DNA of 35,333 bases from Bacteroidales bacterium (GCA_051646395.1 JBOFCW010000305.1:1-35333), one strand, 5' to 3'. Shown: positions 1 through 8,552, counted from the first letter of the stretch. Numbers and translations: made by a program. Notes: a model not told the origin generated them from the letters alone.

Positions 1-106
1 GTACTTCCGGCCCTTCATTGTTATTCCCACTGTTGCTGCATGCTGCAAGAGTCGCCAGTATCCCTACCGACCCCATCAAAACCTTTCTCAAATAATTTAT
101 TTTCAT
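1..106 (-). CDS. PUL-associated surface lipoprotein, 5' end only (runs off the left edge of the window)
   Basis: Reverse complement from the ATG at 106..104 reads MKINYLRKVLMGSVGILATLAACSNSGNNNEGPEV. This is a signal peptide with a lipobox Cys (LAAC). It sits third in line after susC and susD on the same strand. It is too short to appear in the ORF track. Confidence 0.5.
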   Translation of the reverse strand, partial: MKINYLRKVLMGSVGILATLAACSNSGNNNEGPEV

Positions 107-425
107 TTATATATAGTTTAATTTTTGGCATTAATGTATAAATGCGCCATTATATAACTTCGGTTGGGTATCTCAACTTTAGGTGAGTTATGGCGATTTC
201 ATCTGTATATATTTTATTTTTTTCATTAAAGTCAGATGCGCCATTTATATACCTTATGTGGGTATCTCAACTTTAGGTGAGTTATGGCGATTTCATTTAT
301 ATATAGTTTAATTTTTAACATTAATGTATAAATGCGCCATTTATATAACTTTTGTTGGGTATCTCAACTTTCGGTGAGTTATGGCGATTTCATCTGTATA
401 TATTTTATTTTTAACTATTCTGCTA
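107..425 (-). repeat. Three copies of a ~96 nt structured intergenic repeat (cores at 142..202, 236..296, 332..393) filling the susD-lipoprotein spacer
   Basis: Plus-strand core is ATGCGCCAT(T)TATATA..GGGTATCTCA..GGTGAGTTATGGCGATTTCAT. The terminal inverted segments AAATGCGCCAT / ATGGCG-ATTT can pair. Cores are separated by 33-35 nt AT-rich linkers of two types. The same family occurs at 1950..2251. Confidence 0.85.
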
Positions 426-1949
426 TCAATAGCCTTTATTCTGCACAATTTTATCATTTTCATCGATGGCCTTTTGAGGAATAGGCAAACGATAAGAAAA
501 CTTGCTAAACGGCTGAAGCTGCGGTTTCCTTCCACTGTCTTTTTTATAAACCGCATTCATAATACCTTCCACCCTATCCAGACGAACAAGATCAAACCAG
601 CGTTGCCCTTCGAAAGCCAGCTCCATCCGTCTTTCGTTCAGATAAGCCTCCAGCAGACTCTCCTTGTCGGATCGCACCGAAGAAGGAAGTTTTCCTAAAC
701 CGGCTCTTTTGCGAATCTGATCGATAATATCGGCCGCGGCATTCAAATCGGGAGTCGGTTGTAAGAGATAAGCTTCCGCTTTAAGCAGCAAAATATCTGC
801 ATAACGATACTTGATGATGCTGTTATATGCTGAACGGATTTTATACATGAACGGATAATGATCTGAGGGATAATAGTTACTCCAATCACAAGAATAATAC
901 ACGATCGATTCTTTAAAACGAACCTCATCACCTTCTGTCTGATAAAGTTTGATAAGATCGCGTGAAGGTGTTACCCATTTTGCCCAGCTCCAGTTATTAT
1001 TCGGGTTAGTCAGATCTTTTCCAAACATCCACGTTACCCAGTTTCCGCTTCCGGAAAAAAACTGAGCTTCGAGAATCGACTCTTTTGTGTTTCTTATCTT
1101 TGCATCCGTTTGCTCACCATTCATTCCGAACAGATCGCTAAAATCTTCAACCAGCTCAAATCCATCGGCCTTCACCTGATCACAATAACTGATTACCTTC
1201 GCATAATCCCGCAACGGCTTTTCGGCATAAACTTTTGCCAGCAAAGCGCGGGCAACAGACTTTGTAAACAGTGTTTTATTACCCCGATTATTAACCGGCG
1301 CATATTCAAGAGATTCTAGCAAATCCTGCTCGATCTGTTTATATACTTCAAGTTCTTCTTTTTGCTCCGGAAAATACAGCGGATACATTTCCTCTACGTT
1401 GTCGGCAGTAATATCTCCGGGAACCTGAGTTTCAACCGGTACATCCCCCCACATGCGCACGACATCAAAGAGGATCATGGCTCTGAATATTTTTGATTGT
1501 GCCTTGTATGTTTCTCGTTCTTCTTTCGAAAAACTATTGTCCGGCACATCATCGACATTGCAGATCAATTTATTGGCTACGGTGATATCCTGCATGAAAC
1601 GGCTCCAGTCTCTATCCAATACGGAATTTGAACCCTCGATCGAGTTATTCTCGAAAGGAATGACCTCGGCTCCGGTTGTCCCACCATACGCGTTATCCGC
1701 ATGCGCGTCTCCGATTAGCAATTGATCCAGATACCAATGTTCCTGGCGATCACGCATCAGTTTATACATCGACTGCATGTGCGTCTCGATGGCGGCTTTA
1801 TCTTTGAATTCTACTTTCTGGCCCGTTTCTGTCATCCCCTCTGTAATTTCAGTATAGGTATCCAGCGGGTCTCTGTCTAACGAACAAGACAATTGGGTAG
1901 TCAACACCAGTGTTGAAGAAAAAGCATATATTAAATATTTGATTTTCAT
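426..1949 (-). CDS. susD: RagB/SusD family nutrient-uptake outer membrane lipoprotein
   Basis: 507 aa ORF with a lipoprotein signal (LTTQLSCSLD). Length and composition are typical of SusD-like proteins. It lies immediately downstream of a SusC-type TonB-dependent transporter on the same strand. Confidence 0.85.
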   Translation of the reverse strand: MKIKYLIYAFSSTLVLTTQLSCSLDRDPLDTYTEITEGMTETGQKVEFKDKAAIETHMQSMYKLMRDRQEHWYLDQLLIGDAHADNAYGGTTGAEVIPFENNSIEGSNSVLDRDWSRFMQDITVANKLICNVDDVPDNSFSKEERETYKAQSKIFRAMILFDVVRMWGDVPVETQVPGDITADNVEEMYPLYFPEQKEELEVYKQIEQDLLESLEYAPVNNRGNKTLFTKSVARALLAKVYAEKPLRDYAKVISYCDQVKADGFELVEDFSDLFGMNGEQTDAKIRNTKESILEAQFFSGSGNWVTWMFGKDLTNPNNNWSWAKWVTPSRDLIKLYQTEGDEVRFKESIVYYSCDWSNYYPSDHYPFMYKIRSAYNSIIKYRYADILLLKAEAYLLQPTPDLNAAADIIDQIRKRAGLGKLPSSVRSDKESLLEAYLNERRMELAFEGQRWFDLVRLDRVEGIMNAVYKKDSGRKPQLQPFSKFSYRLPIPQKAIDENDKIVQNKGY

Positions 1950-2251
1950 TTGTATACAATTATTTATTTAACACTAAAGTCAGATGCGCCATTTATATAC
2001 CTTATGTCGGGTATCTCAGCCACAGGTGAGTTATGGCGATTTCATTTATACATAATTTTATTTTTGACATTAATGTATAAATGCGCCATTTATATACCTT
2101 ATGTCGGGTATCTCAGCCATAGGTGAGTTATGGCGATTTCATTTATACATAATTTTATTTTTGACATTAATGTATAAATGCGCCATTTATATACCCTATG
2201 TCGGGTATCTCAACCATAAGTGTGTTATGGCGATTTCATAGTAGCGGATTA
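1950..2251 (-). repeat. Three tandem 97 nt units of the same structured repeat (cores at 1984..2045, 2081..2142, 2178..2239) between the susC stop and the susD start
   Basis: Units 1984..2080 and 2081..2177 differ at a single position. The 35 nt linkers 2046..2080 and 2143..2177 are identical (TTATACATAATTTTATTTTTGACATTAATGTATAA). The third core, nearest susC, is more diverged (..CAACCATAAGTGTGTT..). Confidence 0.9.
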
Positions 2252-5224
2252 TTAAAATTCAACATTTACACCGAATACAAAAGAACGACAGTGTGGATAT
2301 GTACCCCAATCGATTCCCTGAACAGCTCCATCATTCCCCCATTGGTTTACTTCAGGGTCCATCCCTTTATATTTGGTCCAGGTCAGCAGATTGGAACCGG
2401 TAAAATAAGGCTGGATGCGTGCGATTCCTACTTTTTGCAACTTCGGACGAATAATATTATAGGAAAGCGTTACATCTTTCAGGCGCAGATAACTACCATC
2501 CTCGATAAAATAGGTTGAGTTTTTCATATCGAAATTGGCTTTTGGCACGTCTGTGATCTGTCCCGGAATTCTCCATCTGTCCAGCGTTCTTGTCGATTGA
2601 TTTTTACCGTCGTACATACCCTCTGTCTCCATCCGTGAAGCATTGAAGATATCGTTTCCATAAGATCCCTGAACAAAGACACTCAAAGAGATATTCTTGT
2701 ACATGAATACGTTCGTCATCCCATAAGTGAATTTCGGATTCGGATCACCAATATAAGTTCTGTCTGAGCTTGAAATACGACCGTCTTCATTTAAGTCGCG
2801 ATACATCAGCTCTCCCGTCTCCGGGTCAACCCCGTCACTGATGTAACCGAAAAAGCTTCCCATGGGACGTCCCGGCTCATTACGCACTGCGTACTCCATT
2901 ACCTGATCACTCGTAATGGCATCGTTATAGATCTTTTCCAATGACAATTTGGTCAGTTTATTGCGGTTGAACGAGATATTAAAATCCGTAGTCCAGGTAA
3001 AAGGCCCATCGAAGTTGCGTGAATTGATCAGCATCTCGAACCCTTTATTTAGCATATCTCCTTCGTTTCTGATAATCTTACGTTTCGCTGGCAAGGAAAC
3101 ATACATCAACATATCCGTAGTCTTCTTATAATAATAGTCCATCGATACAGTCAAACGGCTATTTAAAACGGTAAAATCCAGACCGATATTAGTTTGTGTT
3201 GTCGTTTCCCATTTCAAATCGGGAGTGCGCAAGTTGGCTTGTGAAATCAGAGCCAGCGCATTTTCCTGTCCTTCTTTAAACCACTCGACGCGATTTATGT
3301 TATAGCGCTGCAAATAAGAGTAGTCGCCGATTCCCGATTGGTTACCCGTCTGCCCCCAGCCTCCGCGCAGTTTCAGATCATCAATCCATGTGATATCGTT
3401 CATAAAGCCTTCCGACGAAACACGCCAGGCTCCCGAGAAAGAAGGGAATACACCCCAGCGATGATTCGGATGCAGTTTGGAAGAACCGTCACCACGTATG
3501 TTGGCAGTCAGCATGTACTTGCTGTCGTAATTGTAGGATGCACGACCGAAGAAAGACCAGATTGCCCATTCGGATGCTCCTGTTCCTGTTCCGTCCCATG
3601 ATATTTTGTTGGCAGCGTTAAGTGTCTGAATCGTAGCATCACGGAAATGAGATCCGTTGATCCAGCTGTTGGTATACTCGGAAGAGGTCCACGATGATCC
3701 GGTCATCACCTCCAGGCTGTGTTTCTTGAATGACTTATTGAAAGTAAGTATATTATCGAATGTAAAGACCGTATTCATATTGCGATTGTCGGAAGCCTCG
3801 CCGTACTGGTTTCTCCCCCATGCTGTAGAAATCGGATCCAGGAATGTCGTTGAAATGGCATTGCGTCGGTCCAGACTGATCGTAGATTTCAGATTCAGTT
3901 CGGGAATGAATTTGATCAGGGCACTTCCCGAAGCAAGAATGCGGTTTTCACGATCCTTATTGTTTTCAGCACGCGCCATATTTTCCAAAGGATGGGTGAT
4001 ATTCGATATGCCATAGAAGTTGTTGTAATACTGTTCCGGTTTGTCCGGATTCCAGATCGGCGCGTAAGTCGGCGTGTTGATAACGGAAAGGATCACCCCT
4101 CCCCGGTTTGAACCTTTTCCCATCGTACCACCTCCGTTCGAAGTATAGTCGGAATAAGCTACGTTGGCACTTACGTTTAGCCATTTACGCACATCGGTAT
4201 CCACATTCAAACGAAAATTATAACGTCTGTAATAAGCGATATCTAATATCCCCTTTTCACGCAGGTATCCACCGGAAATGAAATAACGACTTTTCTCGTT
4301 TCCTCCAGCAATCGAAAGCTGATAATTCTGGTTGTTACCGGTTGAATAAGTCTCATCAAACCAGTCTGTCTGGTCGGTCAGATTATCGGGCAGATTTACC
4401 AGACCGATTTCTTTCTGTAACTCGGAATACTGTGCCGCATTCAAAGATTCGATTTTGTTGGCCACTTTATTCATCCCGAACTGGCCGTTGAATGTGATTT
4501 TAGCATCTCCGTTCTGGCCGTTTTTTGTAGTAATCAGGATAACGCCGTTTGCCGCGCGCGATCCATAAATAGCTGCAGACGAAGCATCTTTCAGGATTTG
4601 CATGCTCTCGATGTCATTCGGCGATAAAAAGCTGACATTATCAACCGGTATACCATCCACCACATAGAGCGGATCATTACTTCCGTTGAAAGAAGTAGTA
4701 CCACGCACGCGGATAGCCATATTCCCTCCGGGCTGTCCGCTCGGACTGATCACGGATACCCCGGCAGCTTTACCCTGGAGCGCCTGACCGGCAGAAACTA
4801 TCGGACGCTGGTCGAGATCTTTGGCAGAAACGGATGAAATAGCGGTAGTGACATCTTTTCGCTTTACGCTACCATAGCCGATAACCACAACCTCGTCTAA
4901 TGCCTCTGTGTTTTCCCTCAATACGATGGTAAGCGGAGAAGCCGATGATTTTACTTCTTTTTTTTCGTATCCTATATAGGATATAACTAATGTGGATTTT
5001 TCGGATACTTCAAGTTTGAATTTTCCGTCGAAATCCGTTATGGTACCGACGTTCGTACCTTTTTCTATTACGGAAGCACCGATAACCGGATCTTTTCTTT
5101 CGTCTATTACCTGGCCTGTCACGATTACATGCTGGCCTATAGCACCCAGTGCCATTGCAAAAAAACATAAGAAAAAAAGCAATCTGTGATTTCCACGGAA
5201 AGAGTATTGACAAATCTTTCTCAT
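2252..5224 (-). CDS. susC: SusC/RagA family TonB-dependent outer membrane transporter
   Basis: 990 aa ORF. It has an N-terminal signal peptide followed by a carboxypeptidase-regulatory-like domain (VTGQVIDERKDPVIGASVIEKGTNVGTITDFDGKFKLEV). A TonB-box-like DEVVVIGYG, a plug and a beta-barrel ending in an aromatic residue (..GVNVEF) follow. There is no STN domain, so it is not of the ECF/anti-sigma-coupled type. Confidence 0.9.
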   Translation of the reverse strand: MRKICQYSFRGNHRLLFFLCFFAMALGAIGQHVIVTGQVIDERKDPVIGASVIEKGTNVGTITDFDGKFKLEVSEKSTLVISYIGYEKKEVKSSASPLTIVLRENTEALDEVVVIGYGSVKRKDVTTAISSVSAKDLDQRPIVSAGQALQGKAAGVSVISPSGQPGGNMAIRVRGTTSFNGSNDPLYVVDGIPVDNVSFLSPNDIESMQILKDASSAAIYGSRAANGVILITTKNGQNGDAKITFNGQFGMNKVANKIESLNAAQYSELQKEIGLVNLPDNLTDQTDWFDETYSTGNNQNYQLSIAGGNEKSRYFISGGYLREKGILDIAYYRRYNFRLNVDTDVRKWLNVSANVAYSDYTSNGGGTMGKGSNRGGVILSVINTPTYAPIWNPDKPEQYYNNFYGISNITHPLENMARAENNKDRENRILASGSALIKFIPELNLKSTISLDRRNAISTTFLDPISTAWGRNQYGEASDNRNMNTVFTFDNILTFNKSFKKHSLEVMTGSSWTSSEYTNSWINGSHFRDATIQTLNAANKISWDGTGTGASEWAIWSFFGRASYNYDSKYMLTANIRGDGSSKLHPNHRWGVFPSFSGAWRVSSEGFMNDITWIDDLKLRGGWGQTGNQSGIGDYSYLQRYNINRVEWFKEGQENALALISQANLRTPDLKWETTTQTNIGLDFTVLNSRLTVSMDYYYKKTTDMLMYVSLPAKRKIIRNEGDMLNKGFEMLINSRNFDGPFTWTTDFNISFNRNKLTKLSLEKIYNDAITSDQVMEYAVRNEPGRPMGSFFGYISDGVDPETGELMYRDLNEDGRISSSDRTYIGDPNPKFTYGMTNVFMYKNISLSVFVQGSYGNDIFNASRMETEGMYDGKNQSTRTLDRWRIPGQITDVPKANFDMKNSTYFIEDGSYLRLKDVTLSYNIIRPKLQKVGIARIQPYFTGSNLLTWTKYKGMDPEVNQWGNDGAVQGIDWGTYPHCRSFVFGVNVEF

Positions 5225-5275
5225 AAAAATAATTTTAAGGTTAATTGATTAGTTTGATTTTGTTGTTGTCGGATT

Positions 5276-5283
5276 CAAATATA
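5276..5283 (-). promoter_or_regulatory. Candidate Bacteroides -7 box (TATATTTG on the minus strand) for susC
   Basis: Plus-strand CAAATATA is the reverse complement of TAnnTTTG. It lies about 50 nt upstream of the susC ATG at 5224. Confidence 0.4.
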
Positions 5284-5658
5284 GAATGTAAGTACCTCGC
5301 TCCGACGTTATAAAAACTTTAAGTGGTCAATATGGCTTTGTTGTAAAACTAAAAACCTGTTTATAAGAACTTTACATTCAAAAACAACAGTTTAAAAAGT
5401 GGATAAATACAAAGACGAAAGTATTCCTGTTGCAACGACAAAAAGGAAATTAAGGTTTTTATAGCGGGTAAAACATGGAAATTGGCAATTCATTAAAGCA
5501 TAAGTAAACAGTGATTTCAATTAATTAATGATATTCAGGTTATTTTTCCAAAACACAATGATACTGGATTTTTTTTAAAAATAATATCTTCAATTTAACC
5601 ATCCTTCTTTTTTAACTGAGTTTTCCACCGGCATCAGCACGAAAAATAATCTTTTTAC

Positions 5659-5666
5659 TATATTTG
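5659..5666 (+). promoter_or_regulatory. Candidate Bacteroides -7 box (TATATTTG) for ansA
   Basis: Exact match to TAnnTTTG, 74 nt upstream of the ansA ATG. I saw no clear -33 TTTG. Confidence 0.4.
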
Positions 5667-5739
5667 CATTAACTCCCTCTTCAATTGTTAAAACAGGCAT
5701 TTATTATATCATAATGCCAAGAATTCAGGTTTAGTATTT

Positions 5740-6786
5740 ATGGTAAAACAAGAATCTTCTGTCCTTTTGATATATACAGGCGGAACAATCGGAATGATTG
5801 AGAATCCGGAAACCGGAGCGCTCGAGTCATTCAATTTTCATCATTTGCTTGATAATGTACCGGAACTTAAAAAACTGAATTCAACGATTTCGACGATTCA
5901 GTTCGACCCACCCATCGATTCCTCGGATATGGATCCGGAGAAGTGGATGGAACTGGTACGTATCATCACCGAAAACTACACGTATTTCGACGGGTTTGTT
6001 ATTTTGCATGGTACAGACACCATGTCTTATACAGCATCCGCATTGAGTTTTATGCTCGAAAATCTGGATAAACCGGTAATTCTGACCGGCTCCCAGTTAC
6101 CAATCGGAGTACTTCGTACGGATGGTAAAGAAAATCTTATTACGGCAATTGAAATCGCAGCAGCGAAAGAAAACGGAAAACCGGTGGTTCCCGAGGTATG
6201 TATTCTCTTTGAGAACTTCCTGATGCGCGGAAACCGGACAAAAAAAATAAATGCCGAAAATTTCAATGCTTTCCGCTCACAGAACTATCCTCCGCTGGCA
6301 CGGGTTGGAATTCATATCAAATACGACTCTCATCAGGTAAGATATCCTGAACCGGGAGTATTACTGAACCCGCATTATTTAATGGATCCCAATGTAGTCG
6401 TATTGCATATATTCCCCGGAATTACTCCTCAGACCGTAAACTCCATCTTAAGTATTCCGAACCTGAAAGGGGTTGTTATGGAAACTTTCGGATCGGGTAA
6501 TGCCATGACCAAGCAGTGGTTCCTTAGTGCGTTGAAAACGGCCATCGATTCGGGAATCGTGGTAATCAACATCAGCCAGTGTATGGGTGGATCGGTGCAG
6601 ATGGGACTTTACGAAACTGGTAATAAACTCAGCGAAGTTGGTGTGATAAGCGGATATGATATGACCACCGAGGCGGCATTGACAAAACTGATGTTTCTTT
6701 TCGGTCACGACCGCTCTATCGGAGATGTAAAAGAACAGATGCGTCGCAATGTTGCCGGAGAGGTGACTATTCCGATGGCATACTAA
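5740..6786 (+). CDS. ansA: Type I (cytoplasmic) L-asparaginase
   Basis: 348 aa ORF with the N-terminal active-site motif LLIYTGGTIGM and HGTDTM. There is no signal peptide. Confidence 0.85.
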   Translation: MVKQESSVLLIYTGGTIGMIENPETGALESFNFHHLLDNVPELKKLNSTISTIQFDPPIDSSDMDPEKWMELVRIITENYTYFDGFVILHGTDTMSYTASALSFMLENLDKPVILTGSQLPIGVLRTDGKENLITAIEIAAAKENGKPVVPEVCILFENFLMRGNRTKKINAENFNAFRSQNYPPLARVGIHIKYDSHQVRYPEPGVLLNPHYLMDPNVVVLHIFPGITPQTVNSILSIPNLKGVVMETFGSGNAMTKQWFLSALKTAIDSGIVVINISQCMGGSVQMGLYETGNKLSEVGVISGYDMTTEAALTKLMFLFGHDRSIGDVKEQMRRNVAGEVTIPMAY

Positions 6787-6800
6787 AAAAGATTTAATAT

Positions 6801-6842
6801 AAAAAAGCGCATAAAGCAATCTGAGCTTTATGCGCTTTTTTT
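6801..6842 (+). terminator. Rho-independent terminator downstream of ansA
   Basis: Stem GCGCATAAAGC (6807..6817) pairs with GCTTTATGCGC (6825..6835) around a 7 nt loop. A T7 run follows and an A run precedes. Confidence 0.85.
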
Positions 6843-6860
6843 AGTACATGCCTGCGAACT

Positions 6861-6902
6861 AAAAAAATAAAACCCCGCCTCTGTCTGGCCGACAAGAAGC
6901 GG
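6861..6902 (-). terminator. Rho-independent terminator oriented for minus-strand transcription
   Basis: Minus strand reads CCGCTTCTTGTC-GGCCA-GACAGAGGCGG followed by GGTTTTATTTTTTT. This is about 11 bp of stem including one G-U and one bulge. No annotated minus-strand gene lies upstream of it. Confidence 0.65.
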
Positions 6903-7055
6903 AGTCTCTTTCTCTATTTGGCAATTTTCACAAGAGCTGAAGAATTTGGTTTTAGTAAACCGGCATCACAAAACAGGGGATTCTTTTTTACCCCGTCACT
7001 ATTGATGTAACAATCTGATTAACCCTCACTAATAGGATCTCTGACATCGGATTAT
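6861..7055 (-). ncRNA. Candidate small RNA (~195 nt) or very small protein gene of unknown function
   Basis: The region is bounded by the promoter-like TATCTTTG (reverse complement of 7061..7068) and the minus-strand terminator at 6861..6902. It has no ORF of 60 aa or more on either strand. It contains an internal hairpin ACGGGG..CCCCTGT. The ends are predicted, not observed. Confidence 0.3.
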
Positions 7056-7242
7056 TGTGCCAAAGATACAATTCTATCTGTTAAATACATTATATCTGAA
7101 CCGGATATAGTCATTAAATTCTGCAAAAAAGAACACATATCGGGCTTTATCGGTACTCGTTTTCGTTTTTATTCAACAAACAGAATAACCGTTTTCTTTT
7201 ATTTTGGACTCCCTCTTATCCGTTGACACCCCGGGATTTTAT

Positions 7243-7250
7243 TATTTTTG
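7243..7250 (+). promoter_or_regulatory. Candidate -7 box (TATTTTTG) for aroA
   Basis: Exact match to TAnnTTTG, 24 nt upstream of the ATG at 7274, with TTGACA at 7223..7228 upstream. This supports the shorter aroA start. Confidence 0.5.
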
Positions 7251-7273
7251 TCAGTATAATACAGCATATACTT

Positions 7274-8500
7274 ATGACATACCAGATACAGGCACCCGAA
7301 AAATGCCGGACGAACATTACACTCCCCGCATCTAAAAGCATCAGCAACCGGGCATTGATATTAAATGCGTTAAGTTATTCACCCTATCTGCCGGAAAACC
7401 TTTCCGATTGTGACGATACCCGCGTCATGGTATCCGCGTTCGAGTCTGACAGTAATCGGTTCGACATCGGTGCGGCAGGGACCTCAATGCGATTTCTCAC
7501 CGCTTTTCTTTCTAAAATCGGCGGAATATGGGAAATAACGGGAAGCGAACGGATGAAAAACCGTCCGATCGCCGTATTGGTCGATGCGTTAAATGCCTGC
7601 GGGGCACGGATCGAATATCTCGAAAAAGAAGGGTTTCCTCCTTTGAAAATCACAGGTCGGGCTTTGAAGGGCGGCGAACTGAAACTTGACGGAAGTATCA
7701 GCTCGCAATATATTTCTGCCTTGCTGATGATAGCTCCGACCATGGAAAAAGGATTGACTTTGCACCTGGAAGGAAAAATCATCTCCGTTCCTTATATCCG
7801 GATGACACTGGGTATGTTAAACAACTTCGGTATTCGTTCCGAGTGGGAAGGGAACCGCATCCACATCGCGCCCCAGGAGTTCCATCCGGTTCACTTCCGG
7901 GTAGAGTCAGACTGGTCTGCCGCATCTTATTGGTATGAAATCGCATCTCTGGCAAAAGATGCGGAAATCGCTTTATCCGGACTTCAGAAAGAGAGTCTGC
8001 AGGGTGATGCACGAATCGCGGAATTTTTCACTCAACTTGGTGTAGATACCCGATTTACGGATACGGGAGTGATATTAAGTAACAATGGCGATTCGGCCGC
8101 CCGGATAGATCTTGACCTGAGCGATCAACCGGACCTGGCTCAGACCCTGGCCGTTACCTGCGCGCTTAAAAAGATACCGTTCCGCTTCACAGGGCTGGAA
8201 TCGCTGAAGATCAAAGAAACAGATCGCATCGTGGCTCTGCGGGATGAATTGAGAAAACTTGGTTTTGTTCTACATGACCGGAATGACAATGAATTGTTCT
8301 GGGAAGGTGAGACATGCGAATCTGAATCAAATCCTGAAATCAAAACTTACGAGGATCACCGCATGGCGATGGCTTTTGCTCCGGCAGCTTTTTTCATGCC
8401 CGACATACGCATCGCTCATCCCGAAGTGGTAAGCAAATCTTATCCTGCTTATTGGGAGGATCTGAAAAAAGCGGGGTTTATCATCAGCGAAACCGTTTAA
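7274..8500 (+). CDS. aroA: 3-phosphoshikimate 1-carboxyvinyltransferase (EPSP synthase)
   Basis: The motif LPASKSISNRALIL sits near the N-terminus, and the length is typical of EPSP synthases. The ORF track begins at a TTG (7223). The in-frame ATG at 7274 (MTYQIQAPEK..) lies behind the promoter box and is preferred. Confidence 0.85.
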   Translation: MTYQIQAPEKCRTNITLPASKSISNRALILNALSYSPYLPENLSDCDDTRVMVSAFESDSNRFDIGAAGTSMRFLTAFLSKIGGIWEITGSERMKNRPIAVLVDALNACGARIEYLEKEGFPPLKITGRALKGGELKLDGSISSQYISALLMIAPTMEKGLTLHLEGKIISVPYIRMTLGMLNNFGIRSEWEGNRIHIAPQEFHPVHFRVESDWSAASYWYEIASLAKDAEIALSGLQKESLQGDARIAEFFTQLGVDTRFTDTGVILSNNGDSAARIDLDLSDQPDLAQTLAVTCALKKIPFRFTGLESLKIKETDRIVALRDELRKLGFVLHDRNDNELFWEGETCESESNPEIKTYEDHRMAMAFAPAAFFMPDIRIAHPEVVSKSYPAYWEDLKKAGFIISETV

Positions 8501-8552
8501 TCGGGTCTTTTCCGATAAATGATTCGTATCTTTAATCAAAAATAGTTCAATT

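Noticed and set aside
381-698. Plus-strand ORFs beginning inside repeat cores (381..698, 105 aa; 2198..2518, 106 aa) and the minus-strand ORF 341..556
   Set aside because: They start at the repeat's ATGGCG/ATG by chance and run antisense or out of frame through the well-supported susD and susC genes. They show no recognisable protein features.
2046-2095. Second micro-ORF in the repeat (ATGGCGCAT.., MAHLYINVKNKIMYK) whose TGA overlaps the ATGAAA of the next core
   Set aside because: It is intact only in the 1950..2251 copies. In the 107..425 copies the same frame stops early (MAHLYINVKN), so the reading frame is not conserved.
107-2251. Regularly spaced ~62 nt repeats separated by ~35 nt spacers could be mistaken for a CRISPR array
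   Set aside because: The spacers are themselves conserved (2046..2080 is identical to 2143..2177), so the whole 97 nt unit is duplicated. The repeat is too long, no cas genes are present, and the arrays sit inside an operon.
5225-5739. Possible invertible (phase-variable) promoter upstream of susC
   Set aside because: I found no flanking inverted repeats of useful length, no ARACGTWCGT-type recombinase site, and no nearby recombinase gene.
6861-7055. Possibility that the orphan minus-strand unit is 6S RNA or another housekeeping RNA
   Set aside because: The predicted 5' and 3' ends show no extended complementarity for a 6S-type closing helix. I see no RNase P, SRP or tmRNA signature sequences. 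It is kept only as a generic sRNA candidate.
7223-7273. Upstream non-ATG extensions of ORFs in the track (aroA at 7223, TolC-like at 22327, VOC at 23723, BACON at 24168, POT at 30549)
   Set aside because: The extensions overlap promoter boxes, hairpins or the preceding gene. The in-frame ATGs give canonical N-termini or signal peptides, so the shorter starts are preferred.
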